The notes under the pieces: generated by a model | Databases searched by the model: none | Told to the model about the DNA's origin: nothing | Seen by the model: the letters and a program-made list of their open reading frames with translations, nothing else | Origin: Octopus bimaculoides | Taxonomy: Eukaryota | Direction: 5' to 3' | NCBI RefSeq assembly: GCF_001194135.2 | Contig: NC_068981.1 | Location: forward strand, 154,107,325-154,171,324 | Length of the DNA: 64,000 bases | Part shown: in pieces, positions 1 to 10,477 of the stretch | Layout of the letters: the number at the start of each line of letters is the position of its first letter | Position numbering within the stretch: the first letter of the stretch is position 1 | Program-made: the position numbers and the translations under genes

Positions 1-383
1 AAATTGATTCGCTCCCTAATTAGTTGGGCTATGACCCTCTCTGTAACTTTCATAACCTGATCTAACAGCTTGATGCCTCTGTAATTATTTGTATCTAAAG
101 CGTCCCCTTTACCTTTGTAGCAGTTGACTATGATGCTGCTACACCAGTCATAGGGTATGACTCCTTCGTGTATCACCTGGTTCGTAATACGGGTGACTAG
201 GCTATAGCCAACACTGCCGGATATTTTGAGCATCTCTGCAGTGATTCCTGATGGGCCGGGGGCTTTCCCGGTCTTCATACTCTTAATTGCTTTATCTACC
301 CTGGTACTATCAACTCGGATAGCTGGTCCCTCTATTGGGTCGACATAAGGCAGGCTCTCTTTCTCCCATTCATTCTCTTTATT
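1..383 (-). mobile_element. RTE-clade LINE, 5'-truncated, N-terminal part of the RT domain; runs off the window start
   Basis: Manual minus-strand translation is open: ...KAIKSMKTGKAPGPSGITAEMLK...IPYDWCSSIIVNCYKGKGDALDTNNYRGIKLLDQVMKVTERVIAQLIRERI. These are the typical RTE RT motifs (KAPGP, PxDW, YKGKGD, NYRGI). Confidence 0.92.
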
Positions 384-485
384 GTGTATGATAAATGTAT
401 GTATAGTACAGTGTACAATTATTGGAGTAAATGAATATATGATGTGTGGGGGTTGTTTATAATATTCTAATGCTTATTTGTTTAG

Positions 486-540
486 GCAGTATGTGGTATA
501 AATTAGCGAAGAACGTTTTATACTTCTTGCAATGAATGAG
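486..540 (+). other. Candidate host exon (5'UTR plus ATG AAT GAG)
   Basis: Branch-like CTAAT and ttatttgtttAG acceptor; GAG|GTACAG donor. All frames have stops, so it is coding only from ATG at 532. Confidence 0.22.
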
Positions 541-1001
541 GTACAGTGTTTTCTAATTTGGAGTTGGACTAAATGACTACAGGGTTTTTAGTCCAAAAGT
601 TGCCATGCTCATTGCAGTGTGCAGCTTGGCAAATGCATTACTCAGCTTCAATCAGCCTTGCTTGAAGGTAGGGCATCTTGGCAAATGCATTACTCAGCTT
701 AAATCAGCCTTGCCCTAGAAGGTAGGGCATCCAATTGTAAAACCACTTATGTTAACAATATGTAAATATCAAATTTAAACCAAGCACTCACATCAAAGCT
801 AGCAAGGTAAAATTAACATAGCAGAAGAAAATATGAAGTGTAATGGTGAGATATGATATTAAATAATAATCTCATATATTGTGACAGATGTAGTTCTAAT
901 TATTTCATGTATAATGGTATGCTACTTTAAGATATGTTATACTATAAAACAGGACAGTATACGAACAAAAGACTATACAGATTTTTTAAAATTCTGTATA
1001 A

Positions 1002-1169
1002 AGGTGCAGGTGTAGCTGTATGGTAAGAAGCTTGCTTCCCAGCTATATGGTTCTGGGTTCAGTCCTACTGCATGGCACCTTGGGCAAGTGTCCTCTGCTG
1101 TAGCCTCAGGTCAACCAAAGCCTTGTGAGTGGATTTGGTAGATGGAAACTGAAAGGAGTGATCATGTTT

Positions 1170-1211
<42 letters not shown>

Positions 1212-1428
1212 AGGAGAGAGTGTGTTTGTGTCTGTGTTTGTCCCACACCACTGCTTGACAACCAGTGTTGGTGTGTTTATGTCCTCGTAACTTAGCAGTT
1301 CAGCCAAAGAGACTGATAGAATAAATATCAGGCTTAACAAAAATAAGTACTGAGGTTGATTCATTTGACTTAAAATTCAAGGCAGTGCTCCAGAATGGCC
1401 TCACTCTAATGACTGAAACAAGCAAAAG
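1002..1428 (+). mobile_element. tRNA-derived SINE family A with internal (TG)n(AG)n
   Basis: A-box-like TAGCTGTATGG, B-box-like GGTTCAGTCC, ACCTTGGGCAAGTGTC core, microsatellite, and the 3' half ending ACTGAAACAAG; matches many other copies in the window. Confidence 0.9.
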
Positions 1429-1813
1429 AAGTTTTACTTACAGCAATACTTTGATGATATTTTATCCTTTATTTGAAAGATATCCAAAACTGTACTTTTA
1501 AATTTCATTATTTTTTTTATATATTATTTAATATATTTTTACAATAAGTGAAATTTCCCAGCCTCCTGAGATAAGTTTGTTACATTAATAAACAGAGAAT
1601 TGTATTCTTATCAGTTAGTCGTCTTACCTTGGCTTTACTCATTTTCAGTGCATAGATAAAGTTACAGACACTTTGGCAGAAGTCCTACAGGCAGATACAT
1701 TCCAGAGAATAAATATTTGTTTCTAGTGATGATTGCAGAGTATATTAATAATTTTATTAAATTTCACAAATGAATCATTCAAAATTCTCCAGAACAACAA
1801 ATTATTTGTTTAA

Positions 1814-2035
1814 CCCTTTAGCATTCAGATTACTCTGTAAAATTTTAATGCTTATTTATTCACATTGTTTTGAATTAATAATGCGTTATCTTGTAGCTTT
1901 AAGATTTTGATGATGTGATTATATACTTTTAGAATGACAACGTAGGCTAGGTGTGAGTGGCTAGATCTAGTCAGTATGACCATAAAAACAAGTAAAATAT
2001 TTTGGCCAGATATGGCCAGTTTAAGTGCTAAAGGG
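1814..2035. mobile_element. piggyBac-type MITE (family 1)
   Basis: Ends CCCTTTAGCA...TGCTAAAGGG with TTAA on both sides (1810-1813 and 2036-2039). Confidence 0.85.
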
Positions 2036-2064
2036 TTAAACCAATTTGTTTTAATAATGATAAT

Positions 2065-2285
2065 AATAATCCTTTCTACTAGAGGCACAGGGCCTGAAAT
2101 TTTGGGGGTGGGGTAAATCAATTTCATTGACCCCCAGTACTCAACTGGTACTTAATTTATTGAATCTGAAAGAATTAAAGGCAAAGTTGACCGCGACAGA
2201 ATTTGAACTCAGAACATAGCGCCAGACGAAATACTGTTAAGCATTTTGCCCAGTGTGCTAATGATTCTTCCAGCTCACTGCTTTA
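2065..2285 (-). mobile_element. tRNA-derived SINE family B
   Basis: Reverse complement of GGCGGCGAGCTGGCAGAA...GAGTTCAAATT...GTCGACTTTGCCTTTCATCC...CCCAAAATTTCAGGCCTTGTGCC, seen in plus orientation at 32480-32910. Confidence 0.88.
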
Positions 2286-2319
2286 AATAATGATAATAAT
2301 AATAATAATGGAGAAGACC

Positions 2320-2575
2320 TGTAAAGCCAAGTGAGATTGTCGTTATGGCTGATGTTGGTGTTATGTAACTGGTACCTATGCTGGTGGCATGTGAAAAGCA
2401 CCCACACACTTTTGGAGTGGTTGGTGTTAGGAAGAGCATTCAGCCACAGAAACCGGGCCAAATCAGATTGGAACCTGGTGGAGTTCCCTAGCTTACCAGT
2501 TTTCAGTCAAACTGTCCAACCCATGCCATCATGGAAAAATGGACGTTAAATGATGATGATGGTGATGATGAGTTA
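2320..2575 (+). mobile_element. RTE LINE 3' UTR fragment with (GAT)n tail
   Basis: Matches the 3' UTR that follows the RTE ORF end at 63.3-63.8 kb (TTAGGAAGGGCATCCAGC...CCAACCCATGC...GATGATG). Confidence 0.85.
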
Positions 2576-2914
2576 TTGTATGCAGTTCTCAGGTGCACTA
2601 CAAAAAGTGCTGCAGAGTGAGATTGAACCTGAAACCATGTGGTTGCAAATCGAGTTTCTTAACCACTTTACCATGCCTGCGCTCCTTTTGTTGATAAATT
2701 TATACTTGATGCTGTTTATTCACATAATATAAAACTATATATAGAAAAAGAACTATTGGTATATGAAGAATAGTTTCCAAGAAAGTATGTAATTTTAAAT
2801 AAATTTTTTAAGTACATATGTTTTATTCCTTTATTTTGCTAATTTTTAAGAATTGCTTTGCAGTCTTTGATGCTTCTTTTACTAATGCCAATTATTTACA
2901 AAAGTAAAGACTGT

Positions 2915-3070
2915 AAGCACAGAGTTGGCTATGTGGTCAAGGTCAATTCCTACCCACATGGTTTTGGGTTCAGTTCCACTGTGTATCACCTTCAGCAAGT
3001 GTTTTTCTACTACTAAGGCTGTTCAAAGCCTTGTGAGTGGATTTTGTCGACCGAAATTGAAAGAAGCTCG
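2915..3070 (+). mobile_element. SINE family A, 5' half
   Basis: GGCTATGTGG...GGTTCAGTTCC...CCTTCAGCAAGTG...GAAATTGAAAGAAGC; interrupted at the microsatellite position. Confidence 0.8.
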
Positions 3071-3071
3071 C

Positions 3072-3170
3072 CCATCGATCCATTGATCCATCGATCCATT
3101 GATCCATCGATCCATTGATCCATCGATCCATTGATCCATCGATCCATTGATCCATCGATAGATAGATAGG
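3072..3170. repeat. Higher-order tandem repeat (GATCCATT GATCCATC)x5 grading into (GATA)n
   Basis: Read directly: strictly alternating 8-mers from 3077 to 3156. Confidence 0.95.
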
Positions 3171-3184
3171 CATAGACGAAAATG

Positions 3185-4620
3185 TATCATATGAAAGCAC
3201 TGTGAATAAAGATAGAGAGACCCAAGAATATTGCACCAGACTTAGGAAAACATGGCAGTTGGAACTCTCCTTTTACAACAAAACAATATTCTACAATGCA
3301 TTTGCAGTACCAGTGCTGATCCCAACATTTGGGATACTTGATTGGTCTGTAGGGGAAATCCACTCCATAGATATCAAAGCTCACAATATACTGACAACAA
3401 CCGGGAACTTCCACAGAAACAGTGATATTGACAGGCTCTAACTTAAAAGAAATGAAGATGATAGAGGCCTGAGTTCAGTGCAGATGGTCTTTGAATGCTG
3501 TATGGTATCACTCAGGCAGCATCAGCTAAACAACAGCAGCAAAAATAAATATATTAATGTAGTACTGAAAAGTGAAGTGAGCATCATTGTACGAGTTGGC
3601 AGTGAACTCCTCAAGGAACACTTTCTTCCTGATGATCTCCTACACAGCCCCAAAACAGCTGGGCCCTCTTACCTCAGAGTAGACCTGGATAAAAAGCACT
3701 CAGCATACAAAAAAAAAAGACCATGCATGGGTATGTTGCCCAGAAGCTTGAAGAAGACAGTAGAATTGACATGAAGTGCAGCCTCTCTTGGATACAAGAC
3801 CACTACATTACATCACACTTTGAAGGATATGTGTTTGCAATCCAGGAACAGGAGATTGCCACGAAGTACCTTGTGAACAAGAGAGACAGTGACGCTTTTG
3901 TAATCCCAATGTGCAACTGCATGCATAGGCTATGTCATGTTTTTGTTGAAGAGATTATGCATGTGATTAGCAGCTGTCCTGAAATGTTGTCACAGTACTA
4001 CATCCCTATGTGACACGATCTTGTTACTAAAACAATTTACAATGCCATCCGCAAAAAAGACTGTCCTGAAATAAGCTTCGAAAATCCCTCTGTTATGGAA
4101 TACATTCATAAACACCAACTCAAGGAATACTGGTGGAATATTTCCATCAAAACTGCTGTCAAATGTAAGCATAACAGACCGGATATTGTTGCTTAAGACA
4201 GAGGGGCAAAGGTATGTAGCATCATAGAGATTAGCTGAACTACAGATATAAATACCTCTTTGAAAATCTAAGAAAAAAAGAGGATATCTATGGATAGCTG
4301 CTTCAAAACCTCCAGCTTCTATATCCAGACTATGAATTCATATTCATACCAATAATAATTGGAGTATTAGGTTTTGTTAGTAAATGCTTAAAGGAGAATC
4401 TGGATAAACTGGGATTTTCAGAAAGAGAAACTGACCAGCTGATTCGTACATTACAAGTCCAATTTGTGAGTGGAACAGTAAAAATATGCAAGAGTTTTCT
4501 CAAGTTCCAAATGTAAATCTGTCTGTGTTAACTACACCCCAGAGACGGAGCTTTGTATCTTTGTTAGAAACCGGCTCCCTCCTCAGTGGAAGATTTATAA
4601 TAATTAAAAAATAGAATACG
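3185..4620 (+). mobile_element. R4/Dong-clade non-LTR retrotransposon with restriction-like endonuclease; 5'-truncated and decayed
   Basis: Broken ORF: NAFAVPVLIPTFGILDW...GNFHRNSDIDRL*LKR...RGL (RT thumb); HRLCHVFVEEIMHVISSCP (CCHC knuckle remnant); EYWWNISIKT...HNRPDIV...IIEIS...FIPIIIGVLG (PD-(D/E)xK RLE). Several stops and frameshifts. Confidence 0.88.
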
Positions 4621-4944
4621 TACATACATACATACATACAAACACATACATACATTTGTATGTATATGTTTAATACCAGTGTAAAGTTATTTTTCATTGT
4701 AAAGTAAAGGATATTTGTTGGAAATATATTACAGTCTTCTCATTCTTTCTCATAAGATAACTGAAAATACTTTGTAAAATCATGCATTTTATCTTTAATA
4801 AGTTAATTTAGCTTTTTATTTTAAATAAGTTGATTTGGTATTTATCTTCTCTATAATCACATAATCTCTATAATGTTTCAAAAATTCCATTTTCTCATCA
4901 ATAAAATTCAATTTTTTCAAATATTCTTTCATAAACTCTTTCAG

Positions 4945-4981
4945 ATATTTTCATTCATATATGGACCACATCAGCTGATGG
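4945..4981 (+). CDS. Candidate internal host exon (IFSFIYGPHQLM, phase 0 to 1)
   Basis: ctctttcAG acceptor; TGG|GTAAGT donor; phase-compatible with 8747-8835. No protein homology recognised. Confidence 0.33.
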
Positions 4982-5769
4982 GTAAGTACAATTTTTAAAA
5001 CAGTCTGTCTTCGATAATAGAAAAGATAAATTCTTAACAATCTTATTTAAAATAAATACAAAGAGTAAAATAGCAATTTTAAAATTATTTTCAGTTATTT
5101 TACAAGAAAGCGGGGAGAAAGTATAGAACATTTCCATTAAAATATAACCAATGAGAAATGACTTAATAAATAAAAAATCCTTACCAAAACTGAGAAATTA
5201 ATGTTATCCCTGCATGGCACTTGTCATGAATGTAGATTCCCAGAGGCAATCATCATCATCATCATCATCATCGTTTAACGTCCGCTTTCCATGCTAGCAT
5301 GGGTTGGACAATTTGACTGAGGACTGGTGAACCTCAGCAATGGTTGCAGAAATTCACCAAAGAGAAAAACACATAGGAAAGTCACGGACACATCTTCTTC
5401 CCCTATGCATAGACATCATTATCTTCATTTTTTAACTTCCACTTTTTTTGTGCTTTCATAGGTCAGACAGAGTTTATCGAGGCAGATTTTCTATGAGCAG
5501 ATGTTCTCCCTGTTGCCAACCTTTATTTAATTCCAAGCAAAGTAATTTTTCCCCATTCCCAGATATGTTTCACAACAATCACACGATGTCAAAACAAGGA
5601 GACACAGACATACATGCACTCTCACACACATGCATGTGTATACATGTGAATATTGATGTCTTAGCTTCATATTATTTTGTGAATTAGTGAATTATTTAAA
5701 ATTTGAATATGTATTTAAGTGAACTGTTATACTATTATTGTGTGATAAGAGCTGATATTTTAGTTTCAA

Positions 5770-5975
5770 ATTTTAGTACAAGGCCAGCAAATTTGAAGGA
5801 GTGGATATGTCAATTACATCGACCTCCAGTGCTCAAGTGGTTATTATTTTATTGATTCCAAAAGGATGAAAGGCAGAGTCAACCCTGGTGGAATTTAAAC
5901 TCAATGTGAAGACAGATGAAAAACAGCTAACCATTTTGCCTGGCATGTTAATGATTCTGCCAGCTTACCACCTTA
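5770..5975 (-). mobile_element. SINE family B (CpG-decayed)
   Basis: Same consensus as 2065-2285. Confidence 0.82.
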
Positions 5976-6029
5976 GTAAATGTTTATGTATTGAAATAAG
6001 GAAACAATTGGAATTCCGTTATTTATTCT

Positions 6030-6355
6030 TTTATTCTTTTTGTTGTTTCAGTCATTTGACTGTGGCCCGGTAGAGTACTGCTTTAAAGGGTGTTAGTCAA
6101 AGAAATCGACCCCAGGACTTATTCTTTGTAACCTTAGTACTTATTCTATCGGTCTCTTTTGCTGAACCACTAATTTACAGGGACATAAACATACCAGCAT
6201 TGGTTGTCAAGCAATGGCCGTGGGGGACAAATCCACTCACAAGGCGCAAGGCTATAGTAGAAGACACTTGCCCAAGGTGCCATGCAGTGGGACTGAACCT
6301 GGAACCATGTGGTTGGGAAGCAAGCTTCTTACCACACAGCCATGCTTGTGCCTAT
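6030..6355 (-). mobile_element. SINE family A with the internal microsatellite region deleted
   Basis: Both halves present but joined as GGGGGACAAA|TCCACTCACAAGG. Confidence 0.85.
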
Positions 6356-8007
6356 ATTATATCTTATTAATTTATAGCTAGTTTAGATTTGGCTGTTTAG
6401 GAACTTGAATGTAATATTCAAAAGAAATGTATTTGTCCATTAAACATAGATATATTAGTTTCAAATTTTGTGAAGCTGGGATAGGTCACGGCTACAATCT
6501 CACTTGGCTAAGAAATAGATAAAATAAAAGGAATCTGAAAAGAAAAAAAAAAACGAGGTAAAAGTCCATTACATAGCTATACCAAATAAACTTAATTACG
6601 TGGCCAGGCACATATTTGTCTCTACAATGCTTGAGATCTGCTATGCCAATTCTTCACTTGTTTATTACTGACTCTCCAGCTTCAATTTCAATGTGAAGGA
6701 ATGTAAATTAAGCCCCACCACCCCATTTTTTTTATTGTATTGATAAAGATGAGATTTCAAATATATCTTCAAGATGAAAAAAGGCCCTTTTTGAAATTTT
6801 GTTGAATATTCTCCTTCTCCACCAAACACAAATACATATATGCATACATACATACCTGCATGCCTGCTTTTTGCTTTTTGAAAGAGCAAAAGAAACTGAT
6901 GTGGATTCTCCAAATCCAATTTATTAGTGGCACAGTGAATATTTGTAAGACATTCCAAAAGTTCTCCATCTGAAACCTTATGTGAATAGATGCACACACA
7001 TGCATGTATGCATCAACAGTTCAACCAGTACACAAACTCAATCATATATTTACAAACATTGGGAACCCCTCTTAACTCAAAAAGTTTTGTTTTGTTAGCA
7101 ACCAGCTTGAACTCTCAAGAAGAACTTAGATAAAACTCAAAGAAAAATCACACACACATACACAAAGTTTCTTTCAGTTTTTGTCAATCAAATTCACTCA
7201 CAATACTTTGGTTGGCTTAGGGCTATAGTAGAAGACATTTGATCAAAATACCATGCCGTGGGACTGAACCCAAAACCATATAGTTAGGATGCAAACTTCT
7301 TAATAATCATGCAGTAATGCATGTAAGTGGGAAATACTTTACTGTGTTCCAAACCCTATCATATTTGTCTAGTAACCATTTATTTTTCTAATTAAAGTCA
7401 GTGAACTTTATTCTTCTTAATTTACTTTAGAGATTTGTTACAAACATTTAAATGCTATTAATTCATAGTTTCCTGACTGCACATTTCATAATTTTCCCAT
7501 CTTTGAACATAAGTTCAATTCCTTAATCATGATTTAATTGCTTAAAAAGTTAATTTGCTAAATTTTTCAAAAAGTAGCACACAGGCCATTAATTGATAGA
7601 TCAACAAACTTTAATGTTCCAATTTTGCGAATTTCATTAAAAAGAATGTCTTAAGATAGATGAGACACATTTCTATTTTAATTAGTACTTAGAAAATCTG
7701 AATTAAGTCAATAAATTTAAAGAATTAAAAAAAAAAGAGAAGTAAAATTAAAGACTGAAGAGATTACTACTTGAAAGAAACAAGGACTTTTTTTTTAAAT
7801 ATCGCAATAATTGCTTTAATAAATTGTCTGTTATCCTTTACTTGTTTTAGTCATTGGACTGTGGCCATGCTGGGCACTGCCTTGAAGGGNNNNNNNNNNN
7901 NNNNNNNNNNNNNNNNNNNNNNNNNNNNNNNNNNNNNNNNNNNNNNNNNNNNNNNNNNNNNNNNNNNNNNNNNNNNNNNNNNNNNNNNNNNNNNNNNNNN
8001 NNNNNNN

Positions 8008-8058
<51 letters not shown>

Positions 8059-8062
<4 letters not shown>

Positions 8063-8448
8063 GGTAAGAAGCTTGCTACCCAACTACATGATTTCAGGTT
8101 TGATCCCACTGTGTGACACACTTGGGCACGTGTCTTCTACTATACTCTTGGGTTGACAAGCCTTGTCAATAGATTTGGTAGACCAAAACTGAAAGAATCC
8201 CATTGTGTGTGTGTATGTGTGTGTGTGTGTGTGCATCTTTATGTCTGTGTTTGTCCCCCAACCACTGCTTGACAACCAGTGTTGGTGTGTTTATGTTCCT
8301 GAACTTAGTGGTTCAGTAAAAAGAACTGATAGAATAAGTACTAGGCTTAAAAGAATAAATACTGGGGGCAATTCATTTGACTAAAAATTCTTCAAGGTGG
8401 TGCCACAGCATGGCTGCAGTGTAATGACTGAAACAAGTAAAAGATAAA
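8059..8448 (+). mobile_element. SINE family A
   Basis: Head, core, (TG)n and 3' half all match the family consensus. Confidence 0.88.
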
Positions 8449-8746
8449 ACATATATATGTGTACATCAGCCTTTCTCGCAGTTTATGTCTACCAAATTCA
8501 TTCACAAGGCATTGGTTGGCCCAGGGCTGTAATAGAAGACTCTTGCCCAAGGTGCTGCCACATTGTAGGACTGAACCCAAAGCCACATGGTTGCAAAGTG
8601 AGCTTCTTATCCACATAACCATGGATAATTTAGTAAAAGTAGTTGACATAGAAACCTTTCTGAGAAAAGCTGGTGCAACTTGGTTGCTGGAGATTCAATA
8701 GAATTTTTTTCTCTTTTATCCTTCATAATCCATTTCCTTTCCACAG

Positions 8747-8835
8747 AATGCTTGTCTGGTAAAGCAAGCAGTCAGTCATTCACATTAAAAAAAGCAGAAC
8801 AAATTTTACATATTGTGTCACGAAGGAAGGACTTG
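8747..8835 (+). CDS. Candidate internal host exon ((E)CLSGKASSQSFTLKKAEQILHIVSRRKDL, phase 1 to 0)
   Basis: catttcctttccacAG acceptor; TTG|GTAATA donor; open frame compatible with 4945-4981. Confidence 0.33.
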
Positions 8836-9274
8836 GTAATAGGTTATGGAAACTTTGGGGGAAATTAAGTAGCCTGCTACAACATTTTTTTCTTCTTCTT
8901 TTCATTGCTTCTAAAATAATAAAAATGATAAAAGAATTATGTATGAATAATAACACAGAACAGTAATCCTTTTTTTAATCAGTGCAATGTTGAAAAAAGA
9001 ATTAGAGGAACACTCACAAATGTAAAGTCAATGGATCTTCCAACAGTTTCAATGATGTGTATTTCTGTTGTTAAATCACTTGAACTACTTGCTCATTGTA
9101 ACATTGTGTCTGAGTACTCCATAGCATACATGCATAGATATATACTAAGAAGGTTGCTTCTCAACCACATGGTTCCAGGTTCAGTCCCACTGTGTGGCAC
9201 CTTGGGCAAATGTCTTTTACTATAGCCTCAGATGGATTTGGCAGATGGAAACTGAAAGAAACCCATTGTCGCCA

Positions 9275-9580
9275 TCATCATCATCGTCGTTTAACGTCCG
9301 CTTTCCATGCTAGCATGGGTTGGACGATTTGACTGAGGACTCATGAGCTAGATGGCTACACCAGGCTCCAATCTTGGCAGAGTTTCTACAGCTGGATGCC
9401 CTTCCTAATGCCAACCACTCCGAGAGTGTAGTGGGTGCTTTTATGTGCCACCCGGCACAAACGCCAGTCAGGCGGTACTGGCAACGGCCATGCTCGAAAT
9501 GGTGTATTTTACGTGCCACCTGCACAGGAGCCAGTCCAGCGGTACCGGCAACGATCTCGCTCGAATGTTTTTTCACGTGC
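9275..9580 (-). mobile_element. RTE 3' UTR fragment abutting a SINE A 5' half (9145-9270)
   Basis: (CAT)n CGTTTAACGTCCGCTTTCCATGCTAGCATGGG... is the reverse complement of the 63.6-63.8 kb UTR. Confidence 0.88.
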
Positions 9581-10418
9581 CAGGTAGGTGAGGAAACTGT
9601 TTTGAGTACTCATATAAAAACTCCTATTTCATTATGTCAGCTATGGCCTAGTGATTCCAGCCTGGGACATCAGTTTTATGGAATTGTACCGAGCTGTGCC
9701 AATATAAGGTAAGATAAATTTAGTAATAATAATAATCATCATCCCTGGATAGAGTTTATAAATATTTTAATGCCATATCACCTGAAGAAATGAATGCATG
9801 AACAAAAAGCCACCTAATGTCCATGGATNNNNNNNNNNNNNNNNNNNNNNNNNNNNNNNNNNNNNNNNNNNNNNNNNNNNNNNNNNNNNNNNNNNNNNNN
9901 NNNNNNNNNNNNNNNNNNNNNNNNNNNNNNNNNNNNNNNNNNNNNNNNNNNNNNNNNNNNNNNNNNNNNNNNNNNNNNNNNNNNNNNNNNNNNNNNNNNN
10001 NNNNNNNNNNNNNNNNNNNNNNNNNNNNNNNNNNNNNNNNNNNNNNNNNNNNNNNNNNNNNNNNNNNNNNNNNNNNNNNNNNNNNNNNNNNNNNNNNNNN
10101 NNNNNNNNNNNNNNNNNNNNNNNNNNNNNNNNNNNNNNNNNNNNNNNNNNNNNNNNNNNNNNNNNNNNNNNNNNNNNNNNNNNNNNNNNNNNNNNNNNNN
10201 NNNNNNNNNNNNNNNNNNNNNNNNNNNNNNNNNNNNNNNNNNNNNNNNNNNNNNNNNNNNNNNNNNNNNNNNNNNNNNNNNNNNNNNNNNNNNNNNNNNN
10301 NNNNNNNNNNNNNNNNNNNNNNNNNNNNNNNNNNNNNNNNNNNNNNNNNNNNNNNNNNNNNNNNNNNNNNNNNNNNNNNNNNNNNNNNNNNNNNNNNNNN
10401 NNNNNNNNNNNNNNNNNN

Positions 10419-10477
<59 letters not shown>

